DNA from: Solirubrobacterales bacterium
GTDB taxonomy: Bacteria > Actinomycetota > Thermoleophilia > Solirubrobacterales > 70-9
Length of the DNA stretch: 64,000 nucleotides
Direction: 5' to 3'
NCBI GenBank assembly: GCA_036375215.1
Contig: DASUSH010000094.1
Span: forward strand, 1,314 to 65,313
Shown: piece after piece, positions 9,997-18,470 of the stretch
Layout of the letters: every line of letters begins with the position of its first letter
Position numbering within the stretch: position 1 is the stretch's first letter
Made by a program: the position numbers and the translations under genes
The notes under the pieces: model-generated
Told to the model about the DNA's origin: nothing
Seen by the model: the letters and a program-made list of their open reading frames with translations, nothing else
Database searches by the model: none

Positions 9997-10009
9997 GGGC
10001 CGAAGTCTT

Positions 10010-10789
10010 TCAGGAGGGAGCGGATAGGAGCGCGCGCAGAGTCGCGCCAAGGGTTCCCCGGTCGCCGACCTGCCTGTCCGTGAGCCGGACCGGGCGGAAC
10101 CCGCGGGTGGTCAGATAGGCGTCCCGGGCGCGGTCCTCCTCGAAGGCGGTCCGGGTGCCGTGCGTCTCCCAGCCATCGGTCTCGAGGACGAGGCGCTGCT
10201 CGCGCCATAGGAAGTCGACCGCGTAGGGGCCGATCGAGACATTCCGCTCGGGGAGGGGCATGCCCTCGCTGCGGCAGGCGGCGAAGAGCCGGCGCTCCAG
10301 GTCGCTGCGCGAGCGATCGGGGGCGTACTCCGGCTGTGGGCCTGTGTCGAGCCGGAGGATCTCGGCGCGGCGGAGAGCGGCGCGGAAGTGGTCGGGCGGC
10401 AGGATGCGCCGGAGGTCGGCGAAGGTGCGGCGCGGAGTGGTCGTCGGGATGCGTTCCACTTCGGCCACGTCCGCGGGGACGAGGCTCGCGGAACGGTGGC
10501 TGGACACGCCGGGACGGTCGGCCCTGCCCGCGGTCGACGGGACGATGATCTCGGTGGGACCGCCCGATTGCGGGCGGATGCCGAGGTGGGCGGCCGCGCT
10601 GCGGCGCCAGAGCGCGGCACCGGGGCCGCAGGCGCGGACGGCCGCGAGCAGACGGCCCTCGGTGGTGAGGAGAGCTGGGTGAACCGTGCAATAGACGCCT
10701 CGGTACAGGCGGAACAGCGTCCCGGCGCGCGCCCGACCCGCGACCCCGCGCCGCCCGAGACCGAGCGCCGCAAGCTCGGCGGTGGTCAC
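10010..10789 (-). CDS. AbiEi_4-like wHTH + DUF559 (Vsr/endonuclease-like fold) protein
   Basis: 259 aa. The N-terminal part (GTLFRLYRGVY...HPAL) is typical of AbiEi-type antitoxin-like domains. The C-terminal part (GPYAVDFLWREQRLVLETDGWETHGTRTAFEEDRARDAYLTTRGFRPVRLT) is typical of DUF559. It lies between trpG and trpD. Confidence 0.75.
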   Translation of the reverse strand: MTTAELAALGLGRRGVAGRARAGTLFRLYRGVYCTVHPALLTTEGRLLAAVRACGPGAALWRRSAAAHLGIRPQSGGPTEIIVPSTAGRADRPGVSSHRSASLVPADVAEVERIPTTTPRRTFADLRRILPPDHFRAALRRAEILRLDTGPQPEYAPDRSRSDLERRLFAACRSEGMPLPERNVSIGPYAVDFLWREQRLVLETDGWETHGTRTAFEEDRARDAYLTTRGFRPVRLTDRQVGDRGTLGATLRALLSAPS

Positions 10790-10843
10790 GATCGAGTGCC
10801 GGCGCGCGGCGAATTCGGCGATCGCCGTGTTTCTGTCGAGAAC

Positions 10844-10860
10844 GTCCCCGATACGGGGAC
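10844..10860. other. Perfect 7-bp-stem hairpin GTCCCCG-ATA-CGGGGAC in the trpG / DUF559 spacer
   Basis: Read directly from the sequence. It sits in the 141-bp gap between the trpG stop (10931) and the DUF559 start (10789). Function is unknown; an insertion scar, attenuating structure or RNA processing site are all possible. Confidence 0.3.
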
Positions 10861-10930
10861 CAAGTCGACAGGGAGGCTTCCTCGCCCCCTCGTCGCCCTC
10901 GCCCCCCTCGTCGACCCAGTGCGCTGTGTC

Positions 10931-11491
10931 TCAATCGCGCAGGAAGTTGCGGAGGAGGTCCTTCCCGTCCGGCGTCAGCACCGACTCCGGGTGGAACTGG
11001 ACGCCCTCGGCGGGGAGCTCGCGATGGCGGACGCCCATGACGACTTCGCCGTAGGTGGCCGTCCGGACGAGCTCGTCGGGCAGCTCGGGGTCGGTGACCA
11101 GCGAGTGGTAGCGGCCGGCCGTGAGCGGGTTGGGCAGGCCGGAATAGACGCCGCTGCCGTCGTGCTCGACCTCGGCGTCCTTGCCGTGGATCGGCTCGCC
11201 GCGGATCGTGCGGCCGCCGAACGCCTCGACCATCGCCTGATGGCCGAGGCAGACGCCGAGCGACGGCACGCCGGCCTCGGGGAACGCCCGCGCCGCCTCG
11301 ATCGAGATCCCCGCGTCGGCGGGCGTGCACGGGCCCGGCGAGATCACGAGCCGGTCGGCGCCGCGGCCGAGGAGCTCGGCGGTCTCCGCCTTGTCGTTGC
11401 GGACGACGTCGACCTGCGCGCCGAGCTCGCCGAGGAACTGGACGAGGTTGTAGGTGAAGGAGTCGTAGTTGTCGATGACGAGGACCCGCAT
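10931..11491 (-). CDS. trpG: Anthranilate synthase component II (glutamine amidotransferase)
   Basis: The conserved start MRVLVIDNYDSFTYNLVQ is at the ATG at 11491. Motifs include GPCTP, GVCLGHQ and the triad context VQFHPES. It starts 3 nt after the trpE stop. Confidence 0.93.
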   Translation of the reverse strand: MRVLVIDNYDSFTYNLVQFLGELGAQVDVVRNDKAETAELLGRGADRLVISPGPCTPADAGISIEAARAFPEAGVPSLGVCLGHQAMVEAFGGRTIRGEPIHGKDAEVEHDGSGVYSGLPNPLTAGRYHSLVTDPELPDELVRTATYGEVVMGVRHRELPAEGVQFHPESVLTPDGKDLLRNFLRD

Positions 11492-11493
11492 CG

Positions 11494-12975
11494 CTACTCC
11501 CACCCCGGCTGGCTCGCCGCGAGCGCGATCGCGCTGAACACGGCCTCCGCCTTGGCGAGCGACTCGCGGTACTCGTAGTCGGGCTTGGCGTCCGCGACGG
11601 TGCCGCCGCCCGCCTGCACGAAGGCGGTTCCGTCCTTGACGACGACGGTGCGGATGTGGATCGCGGTGTCGAGGTCCCCGTCGAACCCGACGTAGCCGAT
11701 CGCGCCGCCGTAGGAGCCGCGCTTGTGCGGCTCGAGCTCGTCGATGATCTCCATCGCCCGCACCTTCGGCGCGCCCGAGAGCGTGCCCGCGGGCAGCACC
11801 GAGCGCAGCGCGTCGAGCGCGGTCGTGTCGCCGCGGAGCGTTCCGGTCACCCGGCTCACGATGTGGAAGACGTGCGAGTACGCCTCGACCTGCATGAACT
11901 CTTCGACCGCGACCGTGCCGTAGTCGGAGACCCGACCGAGGTCGTTGCGACCGAGGTCGACGAGCATCACGTGCTCGGCGCGCTCCTTCGGGTCGGCGAG
12001 GAGCCCCTCGGCGTTGCGCCGGTCCTCCTCCTCGCTCGCCCCGCGCGGGTAGGTGCCGGCGATCGGGCGGGTCTCGACGGTGCCGTTCGTGACCTTGACC
12101 AGCGACTCCGGCGAGGTGCCGGCGATCTGGAAGTCGCCGAACTCGAGGTAGTACATGTACGGCGACGGGTTGATCGTGCGCAGGCCGCGGTAGATCGAGA
12201 AGGCCGAGACCGGGACCGGGGCCGAGAAGCGCTGCGAGGGCACGACCTGGAAGGCGTCGCCGGCGTGCACGTACTCGACGATCCGGGCGACGTTGGCCTC
12301 GAACTGCTCGCGGCTCATGTTCGACTCGAACGACTCGACGTCCCGCGGCGGGTGCTCCTCGACTGACGGCACGGCGCGGGCGAGCGCGGTGCGAACGGCC
12401 GCGATCGCGGCCTCGGCGCGGGCGCGGCCGGCGCCGCCGGAGAAGTCGAAGGCGATCACGGTGAGCTCGTGCTTGAGGTGATCGAAGGCGAGCATCACCT
12501 CGCAGACCATGAGCGCCAGGTCGGGGAGCCCGAGCGGGTCCGGGTTCGGCGCGCCGAGGTCCTCGACCGTGCGCACGAGGTCGTAGCCGAAGATGCCGAC
12601 CGCGCCGCCGGTGAACGGCGGCAGCGGCACCGCGGGATCGGCGCCGGCGACCTCGCCGAGCCGGTAGCCGTCGAGGATGCGGGCGACGGCGCCGTAGGGG
12701 TCTTCCTCGTCGGTCTCGCTGGCCTCGCCGCCCTCGGTGACCGTGAGCCGTCCCTCGGCCCAGCGGATCAGCGCGTGGGGGCGAAAGCCGAGGAAGGAGT
12801 AGCGGCCGAAGCGGCCCTGCTCGGCGGACTCGAGCAGGAACGAGGGCCCGCCGCCGAGCTCGGGATCGGCACGGAGCTTGAGAAAGGCCGAGACCGGGGT
12901 CTCGCAGTCGTCGATGAAGCGCTCGACGACCGGGATGACGGTTGCGCTCTCGGCGAGCTGCTCAGCGGCGCCCAT
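11494..12975 (-). CDS. trpE: Anthranilate synthase component I
   Basis: 493 aa with LLESAE, chorismate-binding C-terminal motifs (GTLSGAPKVRAMEII, GGAIGY, IRT) and a LLES-type Trp feedback site. Confidence 0.95.
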   Translation of the reverse strand: MGAAEQLAESATVIPVVERFIDDCETPVSAFLKLRADPELGGGPSFLLESAEQGRFGRYSFLGFRPHALIRWAEGRLTVTEGGEASETDEEDPYGAVARILDGYRLGEVAGADPAVPLPPFTGGAVGIFGYDLVRTVEDLGAPNPDPLGLPDLALMVCEVMLAFDHLKHELTVIAFDFSGGAGRARAEAAIAAVRTALARAVPSVEEHPPRDVESFESNMSREQFEANVARIVEYVHAGDAFQVVPSQRFSAPVPVSAFSIYRGLRTINPSPYMYYLEFGDFQIAGTSPESLVKVTNGTVETRPIAGTYPRGASEEEDRRNAEGLLADPKERAEHVMLVDLGRNDLGRVSDYGTVAVEEFMQVEAYSHVFHIVSRVTGTLRGDTTALDALRSVLPAGTLSGAPKVRAMEIIDELEPHKRGSYGGAIGYVGFDGDLDTAIHIRTVVVKDGTAFVQAGGGTVADAKPDYEYRESLAKAEAVFSAIALAASQPGWE

Positions 12976-13630
12976 TGAGGACCTCCATCGCGGCGGAGAG
13001 CGGCAGATCGCGCGATCGCATCAGGACCTCGAGGTGGTACAGGACATCGGCCGCCTCCTCCGCGAGGCGCTCGTCGGACTCGTCCGCGGCCGCGCGGGCG
13101 ACCTCGTCTGCCTCCTCGCGGACCTTCTCGCCGATCCGCGGCGGGTCGGCGAGCAGCTCAGCCGTGTAGCTGCCCTCGGGCCGATCCGCGGCGCGGGCGG
13201 CGATCGTCCGCTCGAGCGCGGCGAGCGCCTCGTGCGCAGCCGGGTCGGGCGCCGTGCCGGATTCGAGCTCGCGGTGAAAACAGGACCGCTCGCCGGTGTG
13301 GCAGGCGGGTCCGGTGGGCTCGACCAGGGCGACGATCGCGTCGGCGTCGCAATCGAAGCGAAGCTGGCGCACGCTCATCGTGTTGCCGGAGGTCTCCCCC
13401 TTGCGCCAGAGCTCCTGCCGGGAGCGGCTGTAGAAGTGGATCTCGCCGCTCTCGCAGGTCAGCCGCAGCGCCTCCTCGTTCATGTAGGCGAGGGTCAGCA
13501 CCTCCCCCGTCGCCCAATCCTGCATCACGCAGGGCACGAGGCCGCTCTCGTCGAAACGGATCTCACGCAGATGAGATTGAGCCGAACCGGACGCGGAGCG
13601 GGGGATTCGGCGGCCTTGTTTCTCCATCAC
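12962..13630 (-). CDS. hisI: Bifunctional phosphoribosyl-AMP cyclohydrolase / phosphoribosyl-ATP pyrophosphatase
   Basis: 222 aa. The HisI part carries SRSRQELWRKGETSGN and CDADAI...CHTGERSCF. The HisE part carries YTAELL and EEAADVLYHLEVLM. The first codon is GTG at 13630, followed by ATG at 13627. The 3' end overlaps the trpE start by 14 nt. Confidence 0.9.
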   Translation of the reverse strand: MMEKQGRRIPRSASGSAQSHLREIRFDESGLVPCVMQDWATGEVLTLAYMNEEALRLTCESGEIHFYSRSRQELWRKGETSGNTMSVRQLRFDCDADAIVALVEPTGPACHTGERSCFHRELESGTAPDPAAHEALAALERTIAARAADRPEGSYTAELLADPPRIGEKVREEADEVARAAADESDERLAEEAADVLYHLEVLMRSRDLPLSAAMEVLNGRR

Positions 13631-13633
13631 CCG

Positions 13634-13639
13634 AGTCTA
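13634..13639 (-). promoter_or_regulatory. Candidate -10 box TAGACT, 6 nt upstream of the hisIE ATG
   Basis: The minus strand reads TAGACT-cgggtg-ATG, which fits the actinobacterial TANNNT consensus. There is no room for a Shine-Dalgarno sequence. Confidence 0.3.
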
Positions 13640-13645
13640 GATGCG

Positions 13646-14557
13646 CTAATCGATCCCGAGGCGGTCGAGCAGGGACTCGTCTCGGCGCCAGCGCTCGCGC
13701 AGGCGGACCTGGAGGTCGAGGAAGACCTTCTCGCCGAGCTCGTGCTCGAGCTCGCGCCGGGCGGCGCTGCCGATCTCCTTGATCATCCGCCCGCCGCGGC
13801 CGATCAGGATCCCCTTCTGCGAGTCGGACTCGACCCAGATCTGGGCCTTGACGTCGACGAGCCCGTCCTCGCGCTCCTCGATCGACTGCACCGCGACCTC
13901 GACCGCGTGCGGGATCTCGTCGCGGGTGCGGCGCAGGACCTGCTCGCGGATCAGCTCGGCGAGGTGGACGTCGCTGGGCTGGTCACCGTGGTCCTCGGGC
14001 GGGTAGAGGAACGGTCCCTCGGGGAGCAGGCCGGCGACGTGCTCGATCAGGGGCTCGAGGCCGGTGCCGCGCTTCGCCGAGATCGGGAAGAACTCGTCGG
14101 CGACGCCAAGCTCCTCCGCGTCCGCGAGGACCTTCGCCGCCTCCGGCGGGCGGACCCGGTCGAGCTTGTTGACCGCGCAGATCACGGGCGCCCTCCCCGC
14201 GTCGCCCGCCTCGGCGCCGACGCCGAGCAGCTGCTGGGCGATGAAGCGGTCGCCGGGGCCCACGCCCTGCTCGGCGTTCAGGACGAAGAGGACCGCATCG
14301 GAGTCGGCGAGCTCGTGCTCGACGCGGCGCTGCATGCGCTTGGTGAGCGTGTCCCGGGGACGCTGCACCCCGGGGAGGTCGACGAGCACCATCTGCCAGC
14401 CCTCGGCGACGTCGGTGGCGACCCCGCGGACGGCGCGGCGCGTCGTCTGCGGGCGGTCGGAGACGATCGCGACCTTGGCGCCGACGATCGCGTTGGCGAG
14501 CGTCGACTTGCCGACGTTCGGCCGCCCCGCCAGCCCCACGAACCCCGCGCGGGTCAT
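13646..14557 (-). CDS. era: GTPase Era
   Basis: 303 aa with G1 (GRPNVGKST), G3 (DLPG), G4 (NKLD) and a C-terminal KH domain (VESDSQKGILIGRGGRMIKEIG). Confidence 0.95.
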   Translation of the reverse strand: MTRAGFVGLAGRPNVGKSTLANAIVGAKVAIVSDRPQTTRRAVRGVATDVAEGWQMVLVDLPGVQRPRDTLTKRMQRRVEHELADSDAVLFVLNAEQGVGPGDRFIAQQLLGVGAEAGDAGRAPVICAVNKLDRVRPPEAAKVLADAEELGVADEFFPISAKRGTGLEPLIEHVAGLLPEGPFLYPPEDHGDQPSDVHLAELIREQVLRRTRDEIPHAVEVAVQSIEEREDGLVDVKAQIWVESDSQKGILIGRGGRMIKEIGSAARRELEHELGEKVFLDLQVRLRERWRRDESLLDRLGID

Positions 14558-14919
14558 CGCAGGCCTTCCATGACGCGGTCCTGGAGGGCCAGCATCTCGC
14601 CGGAGTCGGCCTCGTGGTCGTGGCCGCAGAGGTGGAGGACGCCGTGGACGGCCGCCTCGGTCACGTCCTCGCTGTGCTCGGGGCAGATCACCACGTCGCC
14701 CAGCTCGCGCGGCCCGGCGACCTCGTCGGGCCCGTCGAGCGGGAAGGAGAGCACGTCGGTGGGCCGGTCGCGGTCGCGGTGCTCGCGGTTGAGCTCGCGG
14801 ATCCGATCGGACGAGACCAGCTCGACCGAGAGGTGCCCCTCCCCCACCCCGGCAGCGTCGAGCGCCGCGGCGACGGCGTCGCGGAGCTCGGCGGGGACGT
14901 CGGCGAGATCCGGGGTCAA
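14554..14919 (-). CDS. ybeY: rRNA maturation endoribonuclease YbeY
   Basis: 121 aa with the HGVLHLCGHDH zinc motif. It has 4-nt overlaps with both era and phoH. Confidence 0.9.
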   Translation of the reverse strand: MTPDLADVPAELRDAVAAALDAAGVGEGHLSVELVSSDRIRELNREHRDRDRPTDVLSFPLDGPDEVAGPRELGDVVICPEHSEDVTEAAVHGVLHLCGHDHEADSGEMLALQDRVMEGLR

Positions 14920-15869
14920 CCGGGGGAGTTGCGCTCGGAGTAGGCGCCGTAGGCGGCGACGATCCGCTGCACCAGCTTGTGGCGGACGACGTCCTCGCCG
15001 CCGAAGCGGACGAAGGCGATGTCCTCGAGCCCCTCGAGGATCTCGCCGATCACGACGAGGCCGGAGCGCTGGTCGCGGGGGAGGTCGATCTGGGTGACGT
15101 CGCCGGTGACGACCATCCGCGATCCGAAGCCGAGCCGGGTCAGGAACATCTTCATCTGCTCCGGGCTCGTGTTCTGGGCCTCGTCGAGGATCACGAAGGA
15201 GTCGTTCAGGGTGCGCCCGCGCATGAAGGCGAGCGGCGCGACCTCGATCACGCCCTTCTCGAAGTAGGAGTTGACCCGGTCGGGATCGAGCATGTCGTAG
15301 AGCGCGTCGAAGAGCGGGCGCAGGTAGGGATCGACCTTGGCCTGGATGTCGCCGGGAAGGAAGCCGAGCCGCTCGCCGGCCTCGACCGCCGGCCGGGTGA
15401 GGATCACGCGGCTGACCTGGCGCGAGTCGAGCGCCGCGACCGCCATCGCGACCGCGATGAAGGTCTTGCCTGTGCCGGCCGGGCCGATCCCGAAGGTGAC
15501 GGTGTGCTCGCGGATCGAGTCGACGTAGCGCTTCTGGTTGACGGTCTTCGGCGCGACCTTGGTCCCGCGGTGGCGCCAGACGACGTCCTCGAGCACGGTC
15601 GCCGGGCTCTCGCCGGCGTCGAGGGCCCCGGTCACGGCCTCGATCGTGCCCGGCGCGATCTCCTGGCCGCGCTCGATCAGCTCGACCAGCTCGTCGACGA
15701 CGGTCTCGGCCGAGCGTACGCCGCCCTCGTCGCCGTCGAGGGTGAGGACGTTGCCGCGCAGGTAGAGGTCGACGTCGAGGTGGCCCTCGAGCGCGCGCAG
15801 CACGGAGTCCTCGGAGCCGGCGAGCTCCGCCGCCACGGTGTTGTCGAGGGTGAGCTGCCTACGAGCCAA
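14916..15869 (-). CDS. phoH: PhoH-family ATPase (YbeZ-like)
   Basis: 317 aa with Walker A (GPAGTGKTF), Walker B (FVILDEAQN) and [12 protein letters not shown]. Confidence 0.93.
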   Translation of the reverse strand: MARRQLTLDNTVAAELAGSEDSVLRALEGHLDVDLYLRGNVLTLDGDEGGVRSAETVVDELVELIERGQEIAPGTIEAVTGALDAGESPATVLEDVVWRHRGTKVAPKTVNQKRYVDSIREHTVTFGIGPAGTGKTFIAVAMAVAALDSRQVSRVILTRPAVEAGERLGFLPGDIQAKVDPYLRPLFDALYDMLDPDRVNSYFEKGVIEVAPLAFMRGRTLNDSFVILDEAQNTSPEQMKMFLTRLGFGSRMVVTGDVTQIDLPRDQRSGLVVIGEILEGLEDIAFVRFGGEDVVRHKLVQRIVAAYGAYSERNSPG

Positions 15870-16296
15870 GCTTCTCGCGCACCATCGCGCTGACCCGCTT
15901 GCCGTCGGCGCGGCCCCCGACCTTCGCCATCGCCGGCCCCATCGCCTTGCCCATGTCGGACGGCTCGCTCGCGCCGGAGGCGGCGATCGCCTCGTCGACG
16001 ATCGCGCCCAGCTCCTCGTCGGAGAGCTCGGCCGGCAGGTAGGAGGAGATCACCTCGGCCTCGGCCACTTCGGCCTCGGCGCGCTCGGCGCTGCCGCCCT
16101 CCCGGTAGGCCTCCGCGGCCTCGAGCCGGCGCTTGCGCTCGCGGCGCAGCACGGCCACCTCGTCCGATTCGCCCTCCTTGGCGTCCTGCTGGAGGGCGTT
16201 GGAGATCATCCGCAGGGCGCCGACGCGGTCGCGCTCGCGCGCCTTCATCGCCGCCTTCGTGTCCTCCTGGACTCGCTCGAGGATCGTCTCCGCCAT
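15859..16296 (-). CDS. yqeY: GatB/YqeY domain protein
   Basis: 145 aa. The pattern (ILERVQEDTKAAMKARE...ALRMI...EVISSYLP...MGKAMG) is typical of YqeY. Confidence 0.85.
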   Translation of the reverse strand: MAETILERVQEDTKAAMKARERDRVGALRMISNALQQDAKEGESDEVAVLRRERKRRLEAAEAYREGGSAERAEAEVAEAEVISSYLPAELSDEELGAIVDEAIAASGASEPSDMGKAMGPAMAKVGGRADGKRVSAMVREKLGS

Positions 16297-16313
16297 CTCC
16301 CGGTACAGGGTAG

Positions 16314-17114
16314 TCAGGCGACGTCGACCTGCTCGACGTCGCCAAGCGGCAGCTGCAGGAACCGGGTGCCGAGCTCGCGGAAGGCGTAGGGGTCGCCGGT
16401 GCAGAGGAAGCGGTAGTCGCCCTCCCCGTGGTTGGCGGTGGCGAGGCCCGCCGAGTCGAGCGTGCGCTGGACGGTGGCGGCGATCGCGTGCCCGGCGGTG
16501 ACGAGGCGGACGTCGCGGCCCAGGATCCGCTGCAGCATCGGCCGCACGAGCGGATAGTGGGTGCAGCCGAGGATCACCGTGTCGACCTCGGCGCGCTTGA
16601 GCGGCGCGCAGTAGGAGCGCACGATCGCGACGACGTCTTCGTCGATCCGGTTCCCGCGCTGGATGATCGGGGCGAGGTCGGGCGCCTCGACCTCGATCAC
16701 CTCGAGCTCACGGCCCTGGCGCTCGAGCGCGTGGTGGTACGCGCCCCCCTCGACCGTCGCCGGGGTGGCGAGCACGCCGATCCGTCCCGAGTCGGTGATC
16801 GCCGCGGCGATTTCGGCCTCGGGCTCGATCACCGCCACGACCTCGACCCCGGCGTCCGCGGCCGCGGCGCGCGCCGCGTCGAGCCCCGCGGTCGTCGCCG
16901 AGTTGCAGGCGAGGACGAGCAGCTTCGCGCCGCGCCCGAGCAGGAACGCGCTCGCCGCCTCGACCCGCGCACGGACGTCGGCGAGCTCCTTGGTGCCATA
17001 GGGGAAGTGGGCGTCGTCGCCGAGGTAGAGGAAGTCCTCCTCTGGGAGCGAGACCAGGCACTCGTGCAGGACGGTGAGCCCGCCGACGCCGGAGTCGAGC
17101 ACCGCGATCGGCAA
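16314..17114 (-). CDS. murI: Glutamate racemase
   Basis: ORF 16314..17498, but homology starts at PIAVLDSGVGGLTV. An in-frame TTG at 17114 gives that N-terminus. Motifs include ACNSAT and GCTHYP (catalytic cysteines). The upstream 127 codons overlap the neighbouring gene and are Arg/Gly-rich junk. Confidence 0.88.
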   Translation of the reverse strand: MPIAVLDSGVGGLTVLHECLVSLPEEDFLYLGDDAHFPYGTKELADVRARVEAASAFLLGRGAKLLVLACNSATTAGLDAARAAAADAGVEVVAVIEPEAEIAAAITDSGRIGVLATPATVEGGAYHHALERQGRELEVIEVEAPDLAPIIQRGNRIDEDVVAIVRSYCAPLKRAEVDTVILGCTHYPLVRPMLQRILGRDVRLVTAGHAIAATVQRTLDSAGLATANHGEGDYRFLCTGDPYAFRELGTRFLQLPLGDVEQVDVA

Positions 17115-17152
17115 CTCGGAGCCGGGCCGCGCGTCGATCGGGGCGGTGGCGC

Positions 17153-17638
17153 TCAGGGCTTGACGGTCATGAAGAAGATCGCCACGACGATGATCACGCC
17201 CGCCAGCGACCCGATCTGCGCGATCCGCTTGGAGACCGCCCAGTACTCGTCGCTGAACTCGACCTCGCCGGTCCCGGCGGCGGCGATGTCGCGATCGGCG
17301 AGCGCGATCGCGCGGCGGCCCTGCGGGTTCAGGAACCCGTGGACGAGCCCGAGCAGGACGAGCACCGCGAGGATGCCGACGCCGATGAAGACGTCGGAGA
17401 ACTCCCAGGCGTCGATCGTCAGGTAGAGCCCGGCGAGCAGGAGCACGATCGCCGCAGGCGTCACCAGGTAGTTGCTCGCCATCTCCGTCGCCCGCCACAT
17501 CGTCGGCACCCCGCGCGGGTTGGTGCGCTCGGTGACCGCCTGGAAGAAGGCGTAGCCGAACGTCGGGCCGAAGGCGAGGAAGGCCGCGACCACATGTAGG
17601 AAGAGGCCGATCTCGTAGCCGCTGATCGCGACGGGCAT
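17153..17638 (-). CDS. Integral membrane protein (DUF2269-like, 4 TM)
   Basis: ATG at 17638 gives MPVAISGYEIGLFLHVVAAFLAFGPTFGYAFF. Four hydrophobic helices are visible. The start lies just downstream of the prmA stop. Confidence 0.55.
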   Translation of the reverse strand: MPVAISGYEIGLFLHVVAAFLAFGPTFGYAFFQAVTERTNPRGVPTMWRATEMASNYLVTPAAIVLLLAGLYLTIDAWEFSDVFIGVGILAVLVLLGLVHGFLNPQGRRAIALADRDIAAAGTGEVEFSDEYWAVSKRIAQIGSLAGVIIVVAIFFMTVKP

Positions 17639-17651
17639 CGCCGCAAGATAC

Positions 17652-18470
17652 CTAGCGGGCCAGAAGGAGCGCGGCCCAGTCGCCGTCGCCGAGCCGGCGC
17701 CGCTCGGCGAAGCCGTGGGCGGCAAAGGCGCCGGCGACCTCGTCCGCCTCGCGGGCGAGGAGGCCGGAGCAGACGAGGCGCTCGGGCGCCTCGCCGAGGC
17801 GGGCCGCCACCTCGAGCAGGACGGGCGCTGTGAGGTTGGCCGTGGCGGTCGGGGCGGCGGGCGCCGGCCCGGTGCGCAGGTTGCGGCGCTCGAGCGCGAT
17901 CTCGACCCCGTTCGCGGCCGCGTTCTCGCCGGCGGCGGCGATCGCGGCGAGCTCGTGGTCGCAGCCCGAGACCGGCGCGAAGCCGAGCTTGGCGGCGGCG
18001 ATCGCGAGCACCCCGGAGCCCGTGCCCCAGTCCGTCAGGGCGCCCTGCGCTTCGCCGGAGGCGGCGAGCTCGATCAGGAGCTCGAGGCACATCCGGGTGG
18101 TCGCGTGGGCGCCGGTGCCGAAGGCCTGGCCGGGATCGACGACGATGCGCTCCAGGGGGCCGGAGTCCGGCACCTCCTCCCACGACGGCGCGACGACGAG
18201 CCTGTCGCCGACGACGATCGGCCTGTGGAAGTCGCGCCAGCGGTCGGTCCAGTCGTCGGGGATCTCCTCGCTGGTGACCTCGATCGAGCCGCCCTCGACT
18301 TCGGCGGCCAGCGCGCCGAGCTCGGGCAGCTCGCCGGGGGCGCCGTAGATCGCGTACTCGACGTAGCCCTCGCCCTCGTCCTCCTCGACCCCGCCCGGGG
18401 CGAGCACGAGGAGCTCCGCGAGCACCCGCTCGCCGAGCTCCGGCGGGCAGCGGACCGCCAGGCGGATCAA
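17652..18470 (-). CDS. prmA: Ribosomal protein L11 methyltransferase
   Basis: Homology begins at (M)[13 protein letters not shown] at 18470 overlaps the dnaJ TGA (TTGA). Motifs include FGTGAHATT and the SAM motif [17 protein letters not shown]. Confidence 0.88.
   Translation of the reverse strand: MIRLAVRCPPELGERVLAELLVLAPGGVEEDEGEGYVEYAIYGAPGELPELGALAAEVEGGSIEVTSEEIPDDWTDRWRDFHRPIVVGDRLVVAPSWEEVPDSGPLERIVVDPGQAFGTGAHATTRMCLELLIELAASGEAQGALTDWGTGSGVLAIAAAKLGFAPVSGCDHELAAIAAAGENAAANGVEIALERRNLRTGPAPAAPTATANLTAPVLLEVAARLGEAPERLVCSGLLAREADEVAGAFAAHGFAERRRLGDGDWAALLLAR

Noticed and set aside
12962-12975. trp attenuator / leader peptide upstream of trpE
   Set aside because: The trpE start overlaps the hisIE 3' end, so no intergenic space exists for a leader peptide or terminator/antiterminator.
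12878-15097. 739-aa plus-strand ORF spanning the hisIE/era/ybeY/phoH region
   Set aside because: It is antisense to four well-supported minus-strand genes. The translation is Arg/Ala/Gly/Leu/Asp-rich low-complexity sequence with no recognisable motifs. This is the typical stop-codon-poor antisense frame of a >70% G+C genome.
16314-17498. N-terminal extensions of the longest ORFs for murI (to 17498), lepA (to 24596), holA (to 29551), leuS (to 36216), trpD (to 10050), the GH114-like gene (from 24084), the antiporter (from 56734) and prmA (to 19163)
   Set aside because: The extensions overlap neighbouring genes and are Arg/Pro/Gly-rich. They precede the position where the conserved family N-terminus begins, and an in-frame ATG/GTG/TTG sits exactly at that conserved N-terminus.
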